DNA of 64,000 nt, taken from NCBI GenBank assembly GCA_964016885.1, contig OZ024746.1:12958001-13022000 (forward strand), given 5' to 3'. Below are positions 1-12,765 of the stretch, piece after piece; the stretch's first letter is position 1, and the number at the start of each line of letters is the position of its first letter. This DNA is from Eledone cirrhosa. Its lineage: Eukaryota. The notes under the pieces are model-generated. The model saw only the letters and a program-made list of their open reading frames with translations, was not told the DNA's origin and did not search any database. The translations under genes were made by a program, and so were the position numbers.

Positions 1-103
1 CACCGAGGTTAACTTTGTCTTTCATCCTTACGGGTCGATAAAATAAAGTACCAGTAATACACTGGAGTAATTGCTGGCCTTGTGACAAAAGTAGAAACAA
101 TTA
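1..103 (+). mobile_element. tRNA-derived SINE, 3' half (cut by window edge)
   Basis: GAGGTTAACTTTGTCTTTCATCCTTACGGGTCGATAAAATAAAGTACCAG...AAAAGTAGAAACAATTATT matches the full copies at 12096 and 25117. Confidence 0.8.
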
Positions 104-262
104 TTTAAATCTATTCCTTTATATTTTAAATTTAAATCTTATCTAATGTATCTTTAACTATTATTTTCTTCATTATAATTTTACACCCATTTTTCCATGC
201 TGTAAAGATTGGGCAGATTTTCTACAACTTGGAGTCTTGTCATGTGTCAGAGTTCTTAGTTA

Positions 263-1675
263 TCTTCTTCCTTTCCTTCAGCCTCCTTACATCAGATTTC
301 ATCACTTCTTTCTTTCCTTCAGCCTCCTTACATCAGATTTCATCACTTTTTCCTTTCCTTCAGCCTCCTTACATCAGATTTCATCACTTTTTCCTTTCCT
401 TCAGCCTCCTTACATCAGATTTCATCACTTTTTCCTTTCCTTAAGCCTCCTTACATCAGATGTCATCACTTCTTTCTTTCCTTCAGCCTCCTTACATCAG
501 ATGTCATCACTTCTTCCTTTCCTTCAACCTCCTTACATCAGATGTCATCACTTCTTCCTTTCCTTCAGCCTCCTTACATCAGATTTCATCACTTTTTCCT
601 TTCCTTAAGCCTCCTTACATCAGATTTCATCACTTCTTCCTTTCCTTCAACCTCCTTACATCAGATGTCATCACTTCTTTCTTTCCTTCAGCCTCCTTAC
701 ATCAGATTTCATCACTTCTTCCTTTCCTTCAACCTCCTTACATCAGATGTCATCACTTCTTTCTTTCCTTCAGCCTCCTTACATCAGATTTCATCACTTC
801 TTCCTTTCCTTCAACCTCCTTACATCAGATGTCATCACTTTTTCCTTTCCTTAAGCCTCCTTACATCAGATTTCATCACTTCTTCCTTTCCTTCAACCTC
901 CTTACATCAGATGTCATCACTTCTTTCTTTCCTTCAGCCTCCTTACATCAGATTTCATCACTTCTTCCTTTCCTTCAACCTCCTTACATCAGATGTCATC
1001 ACTTCTTTCTTTCCTTCAGCCTCCTTACATCAGATTTCATCACTTCTTCCTTTCCTTCAGCCTCCTTACATCAGATTTCATCACTTTTTCCTTTCCTTAA
1101 GCCTCCTTACATCAGATTTCATCACTTCTTCCTTTCCTTCAACCTCCTTACATCAGATTTCATCACTTCTTCCTTTCCTTCAACCTCCTTACATCAGATT
1201 TCATCACTTTTTCCTTTCCTTCAGCCTCCTTACATCAGATTTCATCACTTTTTCCTTTCCTTCAGCCTCCTTACATCAGATTTCATCACTTTTTCCTTTC
1301 CTTCAGCCTCCTTACATCAGATTTCATCACTTTTTCCTTTCCTTCAGCCTCCTTACATCAGATTTCATCACTTTTTCCTTTCCTTCAGCCTCCTTACATC
1401 AGATTTCATCACTTTTTCCTTTCCTTCAGCCTCCTTACATCAGATTTCATCACTTTTTCCTTTCCTTCAGCCTCCTTACATCAGATTTCATCACTTTTTC
1501 CTTTCCTTCAGCCTCCTTACATCAGATTTCATCACTTTTTCCTTTCCTTCAGCCTCCTTACATCAGATTTCATCACTTTTTCCTTTCCTTCAGCCTCCTT
1601 ACATCAGATTTCATCACTTTTTCCTTTCCTTCAGCCTCCTTACATCAGATTTCATTACTTTTTCCTTTCCTTCAG
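263..1675. repeat. 41-bp minisatellite, ~34 copies
   Basis: Unit TTTTCCTTTCCTTCAGCCTCCTTACATCAGATTTCATCACT; accounts for ORFs 229-1744. Confidence 0.97.
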
Positions 1676-2030
1676 GTTCTCTCCAGTTTGATTAGTTGCC
1701 ATAATTTTTACCCGTCTTCTACAGTGACCACTTATCCATATTAATTTAGACTTCTGTTTACATCAAATTTCTTAAACTCAATTTTTTCTCTGTCCATTCA
1801 TGCTCCATTGTTCAAGAACTCTAACATTATACATCCAGAGAAACATGGTTGCTCCATTTCATTCCAGCCTTTGTACACCCTCCTCATTCAATGTCCATGG
1901 TTTGCTAACGTGCAACATCACACTTCATACACAAATATTAAACAATCAACCTTTCACTCATAGAAGGAATACTGTCATCGCCAACAGAGGTAATAAAATC
2001 TTTGAATGTTTCCCATATTGTTTTCTCTTT
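1676..2030 (-). mobile_element. Degenerate RTE-clade LINE 3' fragment
   Basis: Minus strand reads about LLPLLAMTVFLL*VKG*LFNICV*SVMLHVSKPWTLNEEGVQRLE*NGATMFLWMYNV, homologous to the better preserved RTE piece at 21930-22590. Confidence 0.65.
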
Positions 2031-2668
2031 GGTTATTATATTTTTGGAAAATTCACCTCCACTGTTAATCTTGTTTAATAAGTACTAGAAGCTATCAACT
2101 ACTACAAGGGAGTCCTCTGAGCATATTAAATAATATATTTTATGAGTGCTCTTATTGCTAACTACTCCTGAACATCTGCTAAGTCAATAAAATATATATT
2201 GAATCTTCTATATACTATATTCTACTACAATTGTATAATCTTGTGCTAATGTTAAAATCATGATTATATTTTCATTAATTTAAAAAAAAAATGTTTATTA
2301 AAAAACAATTGTATAAAGCCATTTGAATTATTTACATCCTGAGCTTTAAATTTTTTAAATGTTTTCCACTCAGAGCTTTCTGTATTCACTCCACATAAGC
2401 CATTGTTCCCAAGCCTTTTGATTGGAGGTCTTTTCACCCACTCTTAGTTTTCTACAATTCATTAAAACCTAGTTGGCCCCTTCCTTGTTGAGGAAAGCTT
2501 CCTTAAAAAACAAATCTATAGAAATTACAGCTTGTCAGCACACAATTGCCACTCTCTTCCCTTACTGCTACTCTATGGTTACCCAAGTCACAGCTGAAAG
2601 GAATTTCTCTTTGTTTCTTGTCATCAGCAGCCAGCCACATTTCATGCACAATACATGTTCAATGTTGT

Positions 2669-3293
2669 CACCACACTGTATAAGACACACCCAAGTACCA
2701 CGTTGTTTAATAGACGTGAGTGATTGAGTTTTGCTCTGTTGAAGAACATCTTCAGCTGGCTTCAAGTTTCAGCTGGAGCTTTTTTTACTTTGTTTATGCA
2801 ACAAACTAATGCCTTCTGGAAAAGCATTAACGTTAACACTTCCTATTTTTACCTTTCCAGAAAATTTAAAGAGTTTTTTTACTAGTATTTAAAAAAAAAA
2901 TCAATAAACAAGTGTTGATTTTTTAAAAATCAATAAACAAGTGTTTATTGATTCTGAAAGGTAACAGTTTTATTCCTGGTACACCACACTGTATAAGACA
3001 CACCCAAGTACCACGTTGTTTAATAGACGTGAGTGATTGAGTTTTGCTCTGTTGAAGAACATCTTCAGCTGGCTTCAAGTTCCAGCTGGAGCTTTTTTTA
3101 CTTTGTTTATGCAACAAACTAATGCCTTCTGGAAAAGCATTAACGTTAACACTTCCTATTTTTACCTTTCCAGAAAATTTAAAGAGTTTTTTTACTAGTA
3201 TTTTTAAAAAAATCAATAAACAAGTGTTGATTTTTTAAAAATCAATAAACAAGTGTTTATTGATTCTGAAAGGTAACAGTTTTATTCCTGGTA
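2669..3293. repeat. Near-perfect 313/312-bp tandem duplication
   Basis: CACCACACTGTATAAGAC...TTTTATTCCTGGTA at 2669-2981 and again at 2982-3293. Confidence 0.95.
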
Positions 3294-3609
3294 TTAATTG
3301 CCCAGAGAAAGGCATGAATGCCATATAATACTTCTGTTCAGTTTCTCTTTAAATCTTTAGTTTTATGTTAGAAATAATTATTCTTTACATGCATCACAGG
3401 CATTGTAGATAAACTGTGTTTATAGTTCATTTTACACTTCCTAGTTGGAGTCATTGATATAAATTTAAATAGAAAAATATCCCTTATATTAGTGTGAAAT
3501 TTCTATTGTTAACTTCTAATAATCAGAAGTATCCATTAGTGGGTGTTCAGCTCTACTGACCAGAAGGAATGTGTGCGTGTTCTTTGTGTTATTTTTTTCA
3601 AATGGTAAC

Positions 3610-3645
<36 letters not shown>

Positions 3646-4465
3646 ATATATATATGCAAAAGTTCTATTTAAATTGTTGGGATACAACAAGCAAATATTT
3701 TTGTAACTGATATAAAGCACTCAACAAGTATTTGGAGTAAACATACGATATTAACAAATGGAAACTATATTTATAAAACCATATTTATTTCATTATACAT
3801 ATTTCAAGGACACCAAGTTAAATTATGGTGTACTTTCATCAGACAAAATATAATATAGATCAGTTTTATAAATAAATATTGACATACTCTTAAAAAATGC
3901 AACCATTACTATTACGTAGACAACGAAGCGTATGTGCATAAACGCACCTGCACCGTGTCGTATCTGTGACAGTATTATATTAGCTCAATGTTATGAGTAT
4001 GTAGGCGTTCTTTGATTTCTTTTACATATATATATATATATATTTCGTTTCTGAATTTGTTTAGCAACAACACACACACAGAAACAAAATGGGGTAGGAC
4101 AGAACAAAGGAGAGGCACAAAAAACAAAGAAAAGAATCCCCAGTCACTGAAGAGGTCACAGAATGTGTGACGAAAGAACTTTGACAATATATAAACAACC
4201 ATCTGGTTGTGGAACCAACCAACCAACCGGAAATTTATAAATTCCTAAATTTATAAATTTATTATAATAAATCGAAGTGAAAGCACTGGTGCTTATGTTT
4301 CTTATTGGCAACATGACCCTCCCAAAGTATAACAATATATATATATATATATATATATTTAAAATTAAATAGCTCTGTTCTATACATAGAACACTCTTTT
4401 TTCCTTTGCTTTTCCTTCGGAATTACCTAAAACACACACACACACACACATGTATATATATATAT

Positions 4466-4618
4466 GGTTGGTGTTAGGAAGGGCATCTAGCTGTAGAAAA
4501 CCCGCCAGACAGTCCTATGCGAGCAAGACAATCACTCTTGCCTCAAGTGGGAAAACCCCCGTCCAAACCCATGCAAGCGTGGAACACGGACGTTAAACGA
4601 TGATGATGATGATGATGA

Positions 4619-4622
<4 letters not shown>
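4466..4622 (+). mobile_element. SINE/RTE-tail-type repeat ending in (GAT)n
   Basis: GGTTGGTGTTAGGAAGGGCATC...CCCATGCAAGCGTGGAACACGGACGTTAAAC(GAT)n. Related copies near 27070, 27255, 27840, 28950, 44130, 45030, 57290. Confidence 0.7.
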
Positions 4623-4672
<50 letters not shown>

Positions 4673-5859
4673 TTAAATATGATAAGGCTGTTAAGTTTTC
4701 CCAACAAAATACATACAAAAGAAGAAAAATGTACTGAGTCATTTTACACAAACCTAATTTCTAACAATGACGCGACTGTGGAAATATACGGTGTTTTTAT
4801 TATTCTTTAATTCAGTTCTGGCATATATAAAAAAAAAACATTAACCATGTGGACATTTTTTTTTTCATAACAAAAGCTTATTTGGTGGGCACTATTGAAC
4901 TATTGCCTACCCCCTCCCCCACACCCCGCTCCTAGAAATGTACATACCAGTATAACTGAAAATTAGTTCTAATAATTAAACTAATAAACGTTAAAAATAA
5001 TATATCGGAAATATTAAAACACCAGTCGATAACAGTTTATCTAACCAAGGCTTTATCGACTGCCATTCTTTGTAAAGTACTGAAAATAAAGTAACTATTT
5101 AAATTTACTTCTAGTTGGTCTTTATATGGGATCAATGAATCTGTTACAATGAAATATTAATTAATTAATTAATTAAATTATTTTTTATAACACAGAGCCT
5201 CAAGGTTATATAGTGATGACAGAATGTGATGTGACGTTTATGTATTTCCCCAGAATATTTGTGAAATGGACTCGACTGATCGAGTTTTATAATTTAACTC
5301 GTCAACATTTTGATATTTTTATTAGTGTGTAACAGCAGGTATTTGCTAGAGATTGTAGTCAAGATATGTTCTAATTTGAGTTTTAGTCTTTTCTTATGGA
5401 AACGTGCGTGAGGGAAAAACAAAGGTTTGAAAAATCAGGGCTGTTATTATTTGATTTGGATACATAAATATATGCCTGGGTTATTTTCAATAAAGGCACT
5501 TGCATTTCCTTATAGCTTGAATGAGTAAAACGAAGACTAGTTGGGAAAATTTAAATATAAGGTTCATGTGGGAATTATATACACAAACATTCTCAAACTC
5601 GTTTAAAGCAACGAGTGAAATACTATTGTTTTGTAGTTATTGTTCTACATTCGCCAACAAGCTGAAACACAAAGCGCTTGAAAATATGTCAAAACATTCT
5701 TGAAGAAAAATACACATTAGAATAAAGAACATTTTAATACTGATAAATAAATTTCCTTTTAAAATAAAATGAAATAAAATATTTAAAAACAAATGAAATA
5801 TTATAAAAATATTTATTTGTTGAGTTATTTATTTGTGAGAAAAGAGATAGCAGACGACA

Positions 5860-5945
5860 AAATCTAACGGAAGCTACAGTTAGAATTCATACGTCATTGT
5901 TAGGTTTGTGCTATAAATAAACCTTTTCTGACATATCATTGCAAA
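5860..5945 (+). promoter_or_regulatory. Putative ALIX core promoter/5'UTR
   Basis: ETS-like CGGAAG (5868-5873), CRE-like ACGTCA (5891-5896), and CAAAATGG start context. No TSS evidence available. Confidence 0.35.
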
Positions 5946-6148
5946 ATGGCGTCGTACCTCGCTGTCCAGCTTAAAAAGACCTATGAGGTCGATTTAGTAA
6001 AGCCAATGCGAACTTTTATCGAAAATATGATTAGTTCAGCTGATGCTAATGATTATAATAGTTCTTTGAATGAATTCAATAAACTAAGAAATGCTATGAT
6101 GACCAAATCTGTCGACAAACACGAATCTGCTCTGGAAGTCCTCTGCAG
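5946..6148 (+). CDS. PDCD6IP: ALIX exon 1
   Basis: MASYLAVQLKKTYEVDLVKPM...KHESALEVLC; donor CAG|GTATGT; phase 2. Confidence 0.95.
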
Positions 6149-9100
6149 GTATGTAACACACCTTTTTATTAATATTCCTGTCACATGAATAGAAGTACTT
6201 GTCTCTTTTTCTGTTTGGGTTTACAACCGTCATCTATTCGATTATTAAAATATAGATATCGCTCGAGATGACTTATATTAGGCCCCACTAATGTATCTAC
6301 GTTGTGATATTCGGTGATTGTAGAAAATAAAAGCTTTTGATTGTTTATCAACAAAACTTATATTCTGTTTAAATAATTCTTCTATTTTAATTATTCTTAG
6401 AATTTAGATATCCTTAAAAAAATATTTCGTATTAACTATAAATGTATTAATCGTTTTTCTACAACAATAATTACTGAAATTGAAACTTCTGTAGGTAATA
6501 TTCATCAATGTCTGAACGATCTACGTTCTAATACTTCCAAAATTGTAATGGTCTGTTAAAGATGTCGAATCGGAATACAGGAAAAAAAAATAATACGACC
6601 TGTGTAATTTATTATTTTATTGAATTTGAATAATTCATTAAACGAACTTACAAGATAGTTTGATCAGCCGGAAGAGGCATTTTTATCGGTATGTATGTGA
6701 AAAGGATGTTGTCATGTGAGACAGACTTATGGACGAGTACACTTTATAGAAGGGAAAGGGGGTAGCAGGATATAGTTGGCCTTTGTCAGTTTCAAATCGG
6801 GCACCTGAACAAGCCGCAGCAATTTAACTTAAAGCACTTGCCTGTCTTTACGATGCAAACGAAGATCAAAATAAAAGTCTCCTTAAGGAGACTTTCAAGA
6901 ATTCGTTTTAAGTGAGTTATTATTTTTTAATTTTCAACATTTTTTTCCTAAAAAGCGAAAAAATATATAACTTTCTGTTTGTATTTTTTATGATTTTCAA
7001 GCATTTTTTTTTATTTTTTGGGGATGTTTAAAAGACTTTTTTTAACTGAAAATTTACTATTACTTTTCATATTTATAGAATAGATAAATCGTATTTCTTT
7101 TTGTTTTTAATTTTTAAAATACAAAATCCCTTTTTCGTTGAAAGAAGCTTTGTCTTGCCTAGATGTAAATAAATCCTTCTTTGGTTATATGTGCTCCTTG
7201 TTTTATTAAAGTCCTTATTTAATTATATATTTTTTATAATACATAACTTTTATCTATAATGAGATCGATCTCCTATATTTAATTTGCTAAAGTAGCAACA
7301 TTCATACATTTCCATATCCAGTTTATATATGAAACCTGTATGATCTTCTTGTTTTGCAAACAGGCTATTTTAAAATTAGGGGGCTAGAAAATTTGCTTTC
7401 AATACATATAGTAATTCTTATTTCAATTACATCATAATGTTTTAGTATGGTCCTTTGTATATTATTTTAGTGTGTGTGTAATACTTAAAACCTACGTTAG
7501 GATAGTATTTAGAATTTTGAATCCCCTTTCCTACACCGCGTATTTCTTTATTTACAATTTTTAGCTTCACTGAACTTAAGAAAATGTTATATGCCATCAT
7601 ACTTATTCTAGTAGTAGGAAACCTATAAGAACGCTATTTCATTCCAAGCAGACAATGTTGCTTTAATTCCCTCCATAATAATTTCCTTTTTGGTTTGGCA
7701 CAGTTTTGTTTTGCTTTTAACATGTATAAGATATCTGAAGTGGGTTACAGTTGACAATTCTTTGTTCGGCTATTATAACAAACTATTTTCATCTTTTATT
7801 ATTTCATCCCTAATTTCATTCAATTGCTAGAATCTATTTTGGTGTAAAACTGTTATTAACATATATAATTCATTATATTTCTTCATACCAACTTCAAATA
7901 CTTTTCAAAACCGGTTTTCTTAACAAGATCAAATTAATTAAATGCATCTGGTTAATTATATATTATACTAAGCTAAAGTATCATAACACATATGCATGAT
8001 GATTGTTTCTCAATAGAAAAGCTCAATGGATCGTTATCCAGAGCATCAATGACTCAAATTAAAAGATATGTATATATAGAGAGGTAGAAAGAGCCATAAA
8101 TTGAGAAACGGTATTGTGTGTGTGTGTGGGGGGGGGGTACATACGTGTGTGTACATACATTCGATTTTTTTTGTCCTCATTGAACTTCTTGCTTAAGATA
8201 AACTTGCTATCACTATTGGGATAGTTTTAAAACATCTCAACCAAATAACGTTTTTTTTTTTTTTGTTTTGTTTTTTCGGTGTTATTATTCTTGAAACCCT
8301 TTTTTTTTTAATCTTTCTTCCTGTCTTCTATGTTCCCTGTCGGCACCCATCACTAAAGGAGCTATTTCCTGTCAGAACTTAGTAAGCAGTGCACTCATGT
8401 TACCAACATTTTGAATATGGTGCATTGTTTTTCTATCTTTAGCAACTTCCTGTTGTCTTTCCCTATCAAAATACTCAGGATCACTTAGCTAGAATTAAAA
8501 GCAAAAACCCGAAACACCTATTAACGAGAGCTAATAGCCAATATTTCCCTGTTTTTATTTTGACTGACAGGAATGTAACTGCAGTCAGCTGTTGATCCTC
8601 TTTTTTTTTGCATGAGGAGCAATGATTTACCATTAACAGGTTGAAGGGTTGTATAACTTATATTAGCTTCTTCAAGAACTTAAGTCCTGTAATTGCTTCA
8701 TATTTCGTCATATGTTGCAACCGGATAACGGAAATATTGTTGTATTTATTTGTATATTTACGTCTCTCCCGTTAGTTAGATTAGAAACATTCAATAGGTT
8801 TAAATAATGATATCTATATTCAAATCATTCAGGAAACGATTGCGTCACTACTTTATTTTAAATTTGTTGTTTTTCGCCTTTTCACCTGTCTTAATTCTCG
8901 GACGTGTATTCTTATAGTTATAACAATATTTGAGTTTCTTTTTGTATTGTTAATTGAGAAGAGTTTAGATTTAATATAACTCTGGGTTGGTCAAACTCTC
9001 TAGATTGTGTTAATAAGTCCTAACCATTGTCTTGGAGGGGAGTGGTGTAACGAGGATTGATATATGAAAAGAGATTGTCTAAATAAAAACAGGTGATAGG

Positions 9101-10771
9101 ATTAAAGTCTACCTCTTATCAATAATTGGATCTGTGTTCGTTAAGGGCTGTTAAATCTTATCGTGGTTGGAACTTGGTCCTAATAACTTATTTGAAGTGC
9201 TGTGAATTTATAGTTTATTAAATTTATGAATACTTGATATTGCAATCAAGATGACTAGTAGTCTTGAGCACTTCTTGAGACATTCTAAGAGCAAAATTTT
9301 AAGACAAGTTCATTCTTGCATTGACCAAATAAATCATTTGAAGTTGGCGTAAAAGGCAACTATGACTTATAAATCTTGTAATTAACTTCAAATATTGTGA
9401 GTCTTGAACAATTTTTCTCTATTTATTTATATTGAAATTTTAAATACCTTAGCTTTTCTCTTTTCAGTTAGGGATATCTCTATTATATAAAATACTTACA
9501 ACAATGGATTAAATTTTATTCAGTAAAGAAGCCAAACATATCGATTAGAATTTTTTATCGAAGAAACCTTTTCTTCTGAATTGTTTTCCATGTTTCATTG
9601 ACGCAAACCATGCCTAGTGACCTTGCCATCTACAGTTTTACTATATTCAATAATGGAAATTAAGTTTAGGACTAAGGTCATTGAGATTGGGTTTGGGAAG
9701 GAGATGGTATACGCTATCATATATCTGAACCACGTCTTATTTCCCATTTAGTGTTTCATTTGAAAAGCTAAAATGTCATGGGTGTTTCTCTTCCTTTGTC
9801 TTTCATTGTATACTAGTGAACATAAAATTATCTGAATCACGCCTTATTTTGTTTTTCTTCTTTCATTGTATACTGGTGGACAAACACTACTTGAGGCAGT
9901 GACTTAGCAAAATCAAGTGTTGTTGAAACCTGCTTACGTAACTACTTCAAGTTTTTAGAAAAATACAAATTAGTGTGAGAACGTTGTGTACATTTGAGAG
10001 TATAAATTTATTAAAGAATTGTCAGATGGAGTCAAGAGGGTTTAATTAAAACTTGGTAATGTCTTAAGACATATCCAAAGTCAGTTATCACTGTCATTAC
10101 CTAGCGAAAACCATGTCCTCTCACGTACTTAATCATCCATTGAAAAAAAACCCGTCTTCATTGGCCTTGAATATTGGATGTAATAAAATCTGGCAGAACC
10201 CATCTACCTGTATGTATGTATGAACACAACTGATTTTTTTTCCAGAGAAAATTGAGAGAGAATTGATCCCAGTATTGAATTGGTACAATATTTATCGGCC
10301 ATAAAAAGCAAAGTTGACCTCAGCGTTACTTTGAACTCGGAGTACTGAGCTAGAAAGAGTACCACTGTGCACTCTATCCAGCTTGCTAACTTGTCTCCAT
10401 AAACTAAAATGTCAATTATTTATTTTGAAAAGTTTCTGTATCAGATTTAAGTTCAGTATTTTCAATCAGAAAACACAAACTTAACATTTCTTCCACTTTG
10501 ATTAAAAATTGATGGGGTTGCCTTTTAAAACAAAAGATACCGCTCGTTTCAATGTCATTGTTTTAAGCGGTTACTTTTTATCTAAGTTATAAGGTGTTCA
10601 AAGTCTGCAAACAGTCAATTGAAGGAACAAAGTTATTTATTTATTTATTTTATATCGCAGGTGAAATGTAAAATTCACCTGCTTCAGCAGCTGCTAAAAT
10701 CTTTTCTATGACCACTATTTCGTTTAAGCCAATACCTGCCCGTATCTTGACAGGTGTATATTTTGCTGCCT

Positions 10772-10822
<51 letters not shown>

Positions 10823-12095
10823 TTAAGCCAGGTGCAAAACATTTTTGCAAATTTATTAAATATTACAATTCTTTGTTTACACCATGTGCTTGCTTGTTTG
10901 TTTAGAAAATAGGCGTTCAACTACTACTACTACTATTAACACCACCACCACCACCACCACCACCAGTTGTGTTACGGACGGCTGCTTTGGATTAATCGTT
11001 GAACAAAATATGCTCATGATTAGTGCTTCCAAACAATCAAAAGGCATGTTTCCATTTTTTGGAAGACCAGGGGTAATTCTCTATATTTTAACTAGGAGCC
11101 CTCCAAGCTTTTATACAGTTTACGACCCACACCAAGTTTTGATCAAACACTCTGATGGAGGGAATAACTTATCGCTTTCTTCACCAGCTTGCAACAAAGC
11201 TGCGTGTATGTGTGTACACACACACACACACACACTGGGGCTGAATCCGACACTACGTGGTTGCGATGCGAACTCTGTAATCACACACATGCTTGCGCTC
11301 AAATGCGCACACACGCATATATGAGAGAGTGTGTGTGTTTTCTACATAAGTAGAACTAGAACTGTTTCATTCGTATGAAATCATCAGGAATAAAGATATC
11401 TATTATTCTACCAACGTATTGAGTACTTTTTTAAGTGGTTACGCCCCTCGACACCACTCTGGAAAAGTATATATATATCTTTAGATAGTTGTAGCATTCG
11501 TATGACAAATGTAATATGCGTGTGTGTGTGGAATACACGAGTATATGTGTGTGTGTATATATAATACTAATACACGTGCGCAATGACATGCATATATAAA
11601 GATAGAATATGTTGGCATGAATGAAAATATTTTAATAATAGTATTTGTTTACCCCCCCCCCCCCGATTTTTTTGATTTTTTTATTTTATTGTATTTCGTG
11701 AGTTTTAATTTTAGAATGTCTTTGTGTCTGTCGTCATATGACAAACGGACAAAGAAAGGTTCAGTTATAGTGTAAGATTATTAGTGGGTGAATGGACCTA
11801 CTTCGGGTAGCAGGAGGAAAGAAAACTGTGAAGGCATTTCTCTGCCCTTCGTATAATAGAATAATACGGGGTTTTTTGTGGGGATGGAGACCCCTGGAAT
11901 TACCCTTAGAAATAGGGTATTCTATTTTTATTACTGTTTATTGTTGTCGTTGTTACCATCTACTGTTTTTTTTTTTTTCTTTTGTCGATTCCCTTTCTCT
12001 GTAATCTATATAAAACCCCTATGTTGTATTTAGTCTGTGTATCGTCTCTAGCGACGTTGATCGTTGGGGCCAATAAACGATATTATTTCAAATAC

Positions 12096-12274
12096 TGGTG
12101 GATTGGTAGTATCGGTAGAGCCTTGGACAACAATGCTTTGCAGCACGGCCCTTTACGGTCCGAGTTCAAATCCCGCTGAGGTTAACTTTGCCTTTCATCC
12201 TTACGGGGTTCATAAAATAAAGTACCAGTAATGCACTGGGATAATTGCTGGCCGTGTGCCAAAAGTAGAAACAT
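12096..12274 (+). mobile_element. Full-length tRNA-derived SINE with 12-bp TSD
   Basis: A-box-like TGGTAGTATCGG and B-box GAGTTCAAATCC. TSD TTATTTCAAATA at 12083-12094 and 12275-12286. Confidence 0.85.
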
Positions 12275-12474
12275 TTATTTCAAATAGCAAATGGTAAGCC
12301 GTTCGATTTTAGCTAATGACAGTTGAACATTTGTATGGACTCGGTAAAATATGATTGACAAAACTCTGAAAATTTAATGAGTATTAACATATTATCGGGA
12401 ATGGAGTTTAAGTTGCGCAATGATGATGATGCTCTCTTAGTCCGTTTTACAGCTTGTTTAACTGTAAAACGAAA

Positions 12475-12490
12475 TCTCTCTCTTTCTCTT

Positions 12491-12524
<34 letters not shown>

Positions 12525-12556
12525 GCTCTTTCTCTCTCTCTTTCTCTCTCTCTCTT

Positions 12557-12605
<49 letters not shown>

Positions 12606-12610
12606 CTTTC

Positions 12611-12699
<89 letters not shown>

Positions 12700-12765
12700 C
12701 TTTCTCTCTTTCTCTCTCTCTTTTCTCTTCTCTTCTCTCCTTTCTTTCTTTCTTTCTTTCTCTCA
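12475..12765. repeat. (CT)n/(CTTT) microsatellite
   Basis: Pure pyrimidine tract; accounts for the LS/RE-rich ORFs. Confidence 0.97.

Noticed and set aside
229-1744. 400-aa hydrophobic ORFs
   Set aside because: The 41-bp repeat cycles through all frames; not a gene.
2568-3216. Minus-strand ORFs as exons of a neighbouring gene
   Set aside because: They lie in the tandem duplication next to LINE debris; no recognisable domain or consistent splice sites.
12096-12180. tRNA gene
   Set aside because: The A/B boxes belong to SINE heads with a TSD and tail; no cloverleaf.
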